This document shows positions 60,901-64,000 of a DNA stretch of 64,000 nt, in pieces. The stretch comes from Balanoglossus misakiensis (taxonomy: Eukaryota > Animalia > Hemichordata): NCBI GenBank assembly GCA_040954595.2, contig CM082590.2:4402001-4466000 (forward strand), read 5' to 3'. How positions within the stretch are numbered: the first letter of the stretch is position 1; every line of letters starts with the position of its first letter. Made by a program: the position numbers and the translations under genes. Under the pieces are notes generated by a model. It worked only from the letters and a program-made list of their open reading frames with translations, did not search any database and had not been told where the DNA came from.

Positions 60901-63695
60901 ACTTGCCCCCCCCCCCCCCTCCAATGCTGAAGTGGGGGGGGGGCAAAGAAATACTTTTGCCCCCAACTTCAGGGACAAAACATTGTGGTTTGGAGATTGT
61001 TATATTACAAAATGTTCTAATGTCAGAGGGGGACACCCCTTCCCACACCCACCCCTTTCATTCTTTCACACCTTTCATGTATTGCCTGGTGTACCTGGGC
61101 AGAGTACTTGCCCCCCCTCCCCCACCAATGCTAACTTTGAGTGACGAAGGTTAAATTTGTCCTCCCCAACATAGTTGAGTTAATTTGCTTTTGAGTTCAT
61201 TAAAATGCAGCTTTGAGATCTGTATTTAATAAAATTTTCTAACATAGGAGGGGGGCACCCACTCCCAAACCCGTCTTTACCAATTCTACTAACTTTTGCA
61301 ATGACTTGTCCTTTTAATTTTTTCATATATTAATTTAATTATTTTAATTTATTCATATATGCACCTTTCCATTGTAAGTCATTCACCACCAGAACGTTGG
61401 TTACATTTGCCCTCCCTCCCCCAACCATGAATTGCTCCCTACGCCCCTGGACTCGCAAATTATTCGTACATTGTGCACTTTCATCCATTTGGGCATAGAT
61501 TATTCCTGAAATAATTTAGCAAAAACATAAACAGAAAATCATTTCAAACAAATGCAACACAATTTGAATGACATCCAATGGGCTATACATTGTCCTATCA
61601 TAGAACATTGAAAGGGTATATGAATAAGGCTTTCCAACAAAAGGTACAACATAATTAGATTTAATAATTATTTTTCGCTTAGAATGAATATAGTGGAAAC
61701 AAATTCTGAAAATATTGTCTCAATTTTATTCAAACCAAATTGCCAATATTGAAATGAATTCTTCAAATATATGTCATCAATAATTGAAATATGAGGGGTA
61801 TTAAAATTCAGTATGTTCTAAAATAATTCAATACAAACAAAGTTGTCTTAATCATGACAGCTGTCCCTGACACAGATGTACACATGGCCAATACGGGCAC
61901 TGGCTTAACACATGTGTTTGACCCGCGTCTATTCACTTTACAAGTTTACCTTCACACTGATAAACTAGGAATTGACCAACCAGGTTAACATATTCGGGAG
62001 AAAATGTGCTTAAAGCATAGAAGGGATGCTTTTACAGGAACAACATTCAAAACAAAAGGATCAGATCAGAGTGAATAATCCAAGCTGGCCATTTTCTGTG
62101 TGGGGAGTATTTGTGAGGTGAATTTACAAGCTTCATACTTCACACATCTAGTTGTTTAAAACACAATATAGATTTTAAAAGGAAATATTACATTACAATA
62201 AGCTGTGGTTTAAGTATTTTATCGACAAAATTATCAGATTGTACAGATGGTCTTAGAAAAACCTTGGTTATTGAGCTGTTTTAAACACAAAAACTCCTGA
62301 AGTTTTTTGTCCTATTACTGAATATTCAAGCAGATATTGTCATTGCAATTAACCTTGTCCCTGTTGGATCAATGAATAAAGAGAACACTGAGTTAACATG
62401 AAATAAAGTCTGTCCACACATGTCTGAGTAATGGTTCCATACAAAAGGATTCACTGACAGACGGAATGTTATCTTTAAGATGGATGGTTTTGATCCAAGG
62501 GAATTGAAAAGAAATCACTATTTGCCATTTCTGTCAAGATTGTTAGTACATCAATTAAATTTGGCATATATCACATGTTGATATGCATAATTAAAGACAT
62601 TAAATCTGTGACAGAAAAAAATTAACATACCACATATATTTTCCGCAAAAAATACAAGTCACAAAGAAAAAAAAGCAAGTATTATATTAACACACCAAAA
62701 ACTGCCGTATATTGATAAACTTGAAATTTACAAATGAATGTTTAAATGGAAACAATCATAATTCAAGAGGACATTAAAAACATGAAATTTTTGATAGTTT
62801 TAAAAACGCAAGTTATGTAATTCTACATTGATGCACAATTCATAATAGTACTTGGTGTAAAGACAGACAATCTCCTTCTCTCTCTATTAAACATAGATTT
62901 GGCTACACATCAACAGAATGTGTTTAATGTCAGTTGTGGTATACTAGTCCATAAAAGAAATCACCACTTAAAATGCAAATATAAATTGAGATACTCCAAT
63001 CCAATTAACCTGGGTCATTTGATTATGTTACAAATGCAACCTCAAAGTGAATTTTCTCACAAGAAGATTGAAAGGCCACATTTTTGTTTATCAAATCATA
63101 GGATTGGTCTCTGCACAGAGGATACTGTATGAGCATTGTTCCCATCATACAGCGAGTGATTAAAATGTCATTTCATCCACTTATCTGTGACCATGTTTTT
63201 TGGCCTATGAACATATGGTGAAGGAGCATCTAACTGGAAGATCTATTGTATAATTTCCTACAGTCACCTAAAAACAATTCCCACTATCACTAAACGCAGA
63301 TCAAACATGAAATATTTCACTCTTTTGTCTAAATTTGACATTGTTGGAACTGTTCAGGGGATATATCCGAATAAAATGTATATAAGTAGTATTCCTTGTA
63401 TTTGGAAATAATGTCACAACTCTGCCATTATACCTATATACACAATGGGAAATGCAGTTACTGTGTAGTATATGTGTGGCCAGATCCAAATTCTGTAGTG
63501 TTTGGAATCTACCAGTCTTGCGCCCTCATGAGATGTTTGAGAGTACATTATGGATGCTAGGGTGTATTGATGGAAATATTAGATTTATGTTTTGGTAACA
63601 TTCATGCACATGTATTGTGGTATCACAGATACAATACCGTATGTTTACATAGAGTATTGTGATAATCTTTGGGTGACACCCACATCAGTATGTCT

Positions 63696-64000
63696 CTATT
63701 GTTTACTTGCCAGGTCACGAAAGTGAGTTTCACAAACCCAAATGACACCTGTGCCATATGCTATTGGCTGAAGGTGCCCAAACTGTCCATCTTCATCAGC
63801 TTTACCGAGAAAGCGTTGGAAATCTCTACGGTGTAGTGATGATTTCATCTTTTCTAACTCCTCCATGGACTTTTGTAGTGGCTCTCTGGATATGTCATTC
63901 AATTCTGGATACTTGCTTCCAAAATCATCCAAGAATTCTGACAGTAAGTTACCTGCTTTCCCAGCGATTGCAGGAACTGTTTTTGCTGCTGCAGCAGCAG
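63696..64000 (-). CDS. 3' end (partial last exon) of a probable Roco (LRR-Roc-COR) family gene
   Basis: frame open from the window edge to TAG at 63696; RDFQRFLGKADEDGQFGHLQPIAYGTGVIWVCETH fits the FL...D...FG.L.......W.C..H tail found after COR in Roco/TORNADO1-like proteins. Confidence 0.55.
   Translation of the reverse strand, partial: AAAAAKTVPAIAGKAGNLLSEFLDDFGSKYPELNDISREPLQKSMEELEKMKSSLHRRDFQRFLGKADEDGQFGHLQPIAYGTGVIWVCETHFRDLASKQ

Noticed and set aside
60873-61449. hAT-like MITE (CAGG.CGTAGG...CCTACGCCCCTG)
   Set aside because: Ends degenerate and no 8-bp TSD; probably a real old MITE but boundaries cannot be supported

Overview
AT-rich, repeat-dominated eukaryotic DNA. An animal with TTAGGG-type repeats, probably a marine invertebrate deuterostome, is my inference only. 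No complete host gene is visible. Main contents: (1) A patchwork at 1.5-3.3 kb of three isolated minus-strand exons from three unrelated housekeeping genes (ELAC2-, PDCD6IP/ALIX- and hnRNP A1-like); the hnRNP exon lies between inverted halves of a TTAA MITE. (2) A cluster of large zinc-finger/tyrosine-recombinase (Crypton-like) elements that each start with TTAGGG/TTAGAG right after a CCCTAA of a telomere-like minisatellite. Element A (15610-24047) has both ends, with 30-bp TIRs; subfamily B has two copies with no right end found (6992-~9270 and 24629-~40443). (3) An intact, very young chromodomain-bearing Gypsy retrotransposon (26480-33798) nested in B. (4) A 124-bp satellite with a 6-mer higher-order repeat. 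(5) A ~11-kb degenerate tandem array. (6) An internally deleted Gypsy element (55682-58305). (7) Kolobok- and piggyBac-type MITEs. (8) The 3' end of a probable Roco-family gene at the right edge. All protein assignments come from motif recognition by eye; no database search was run.
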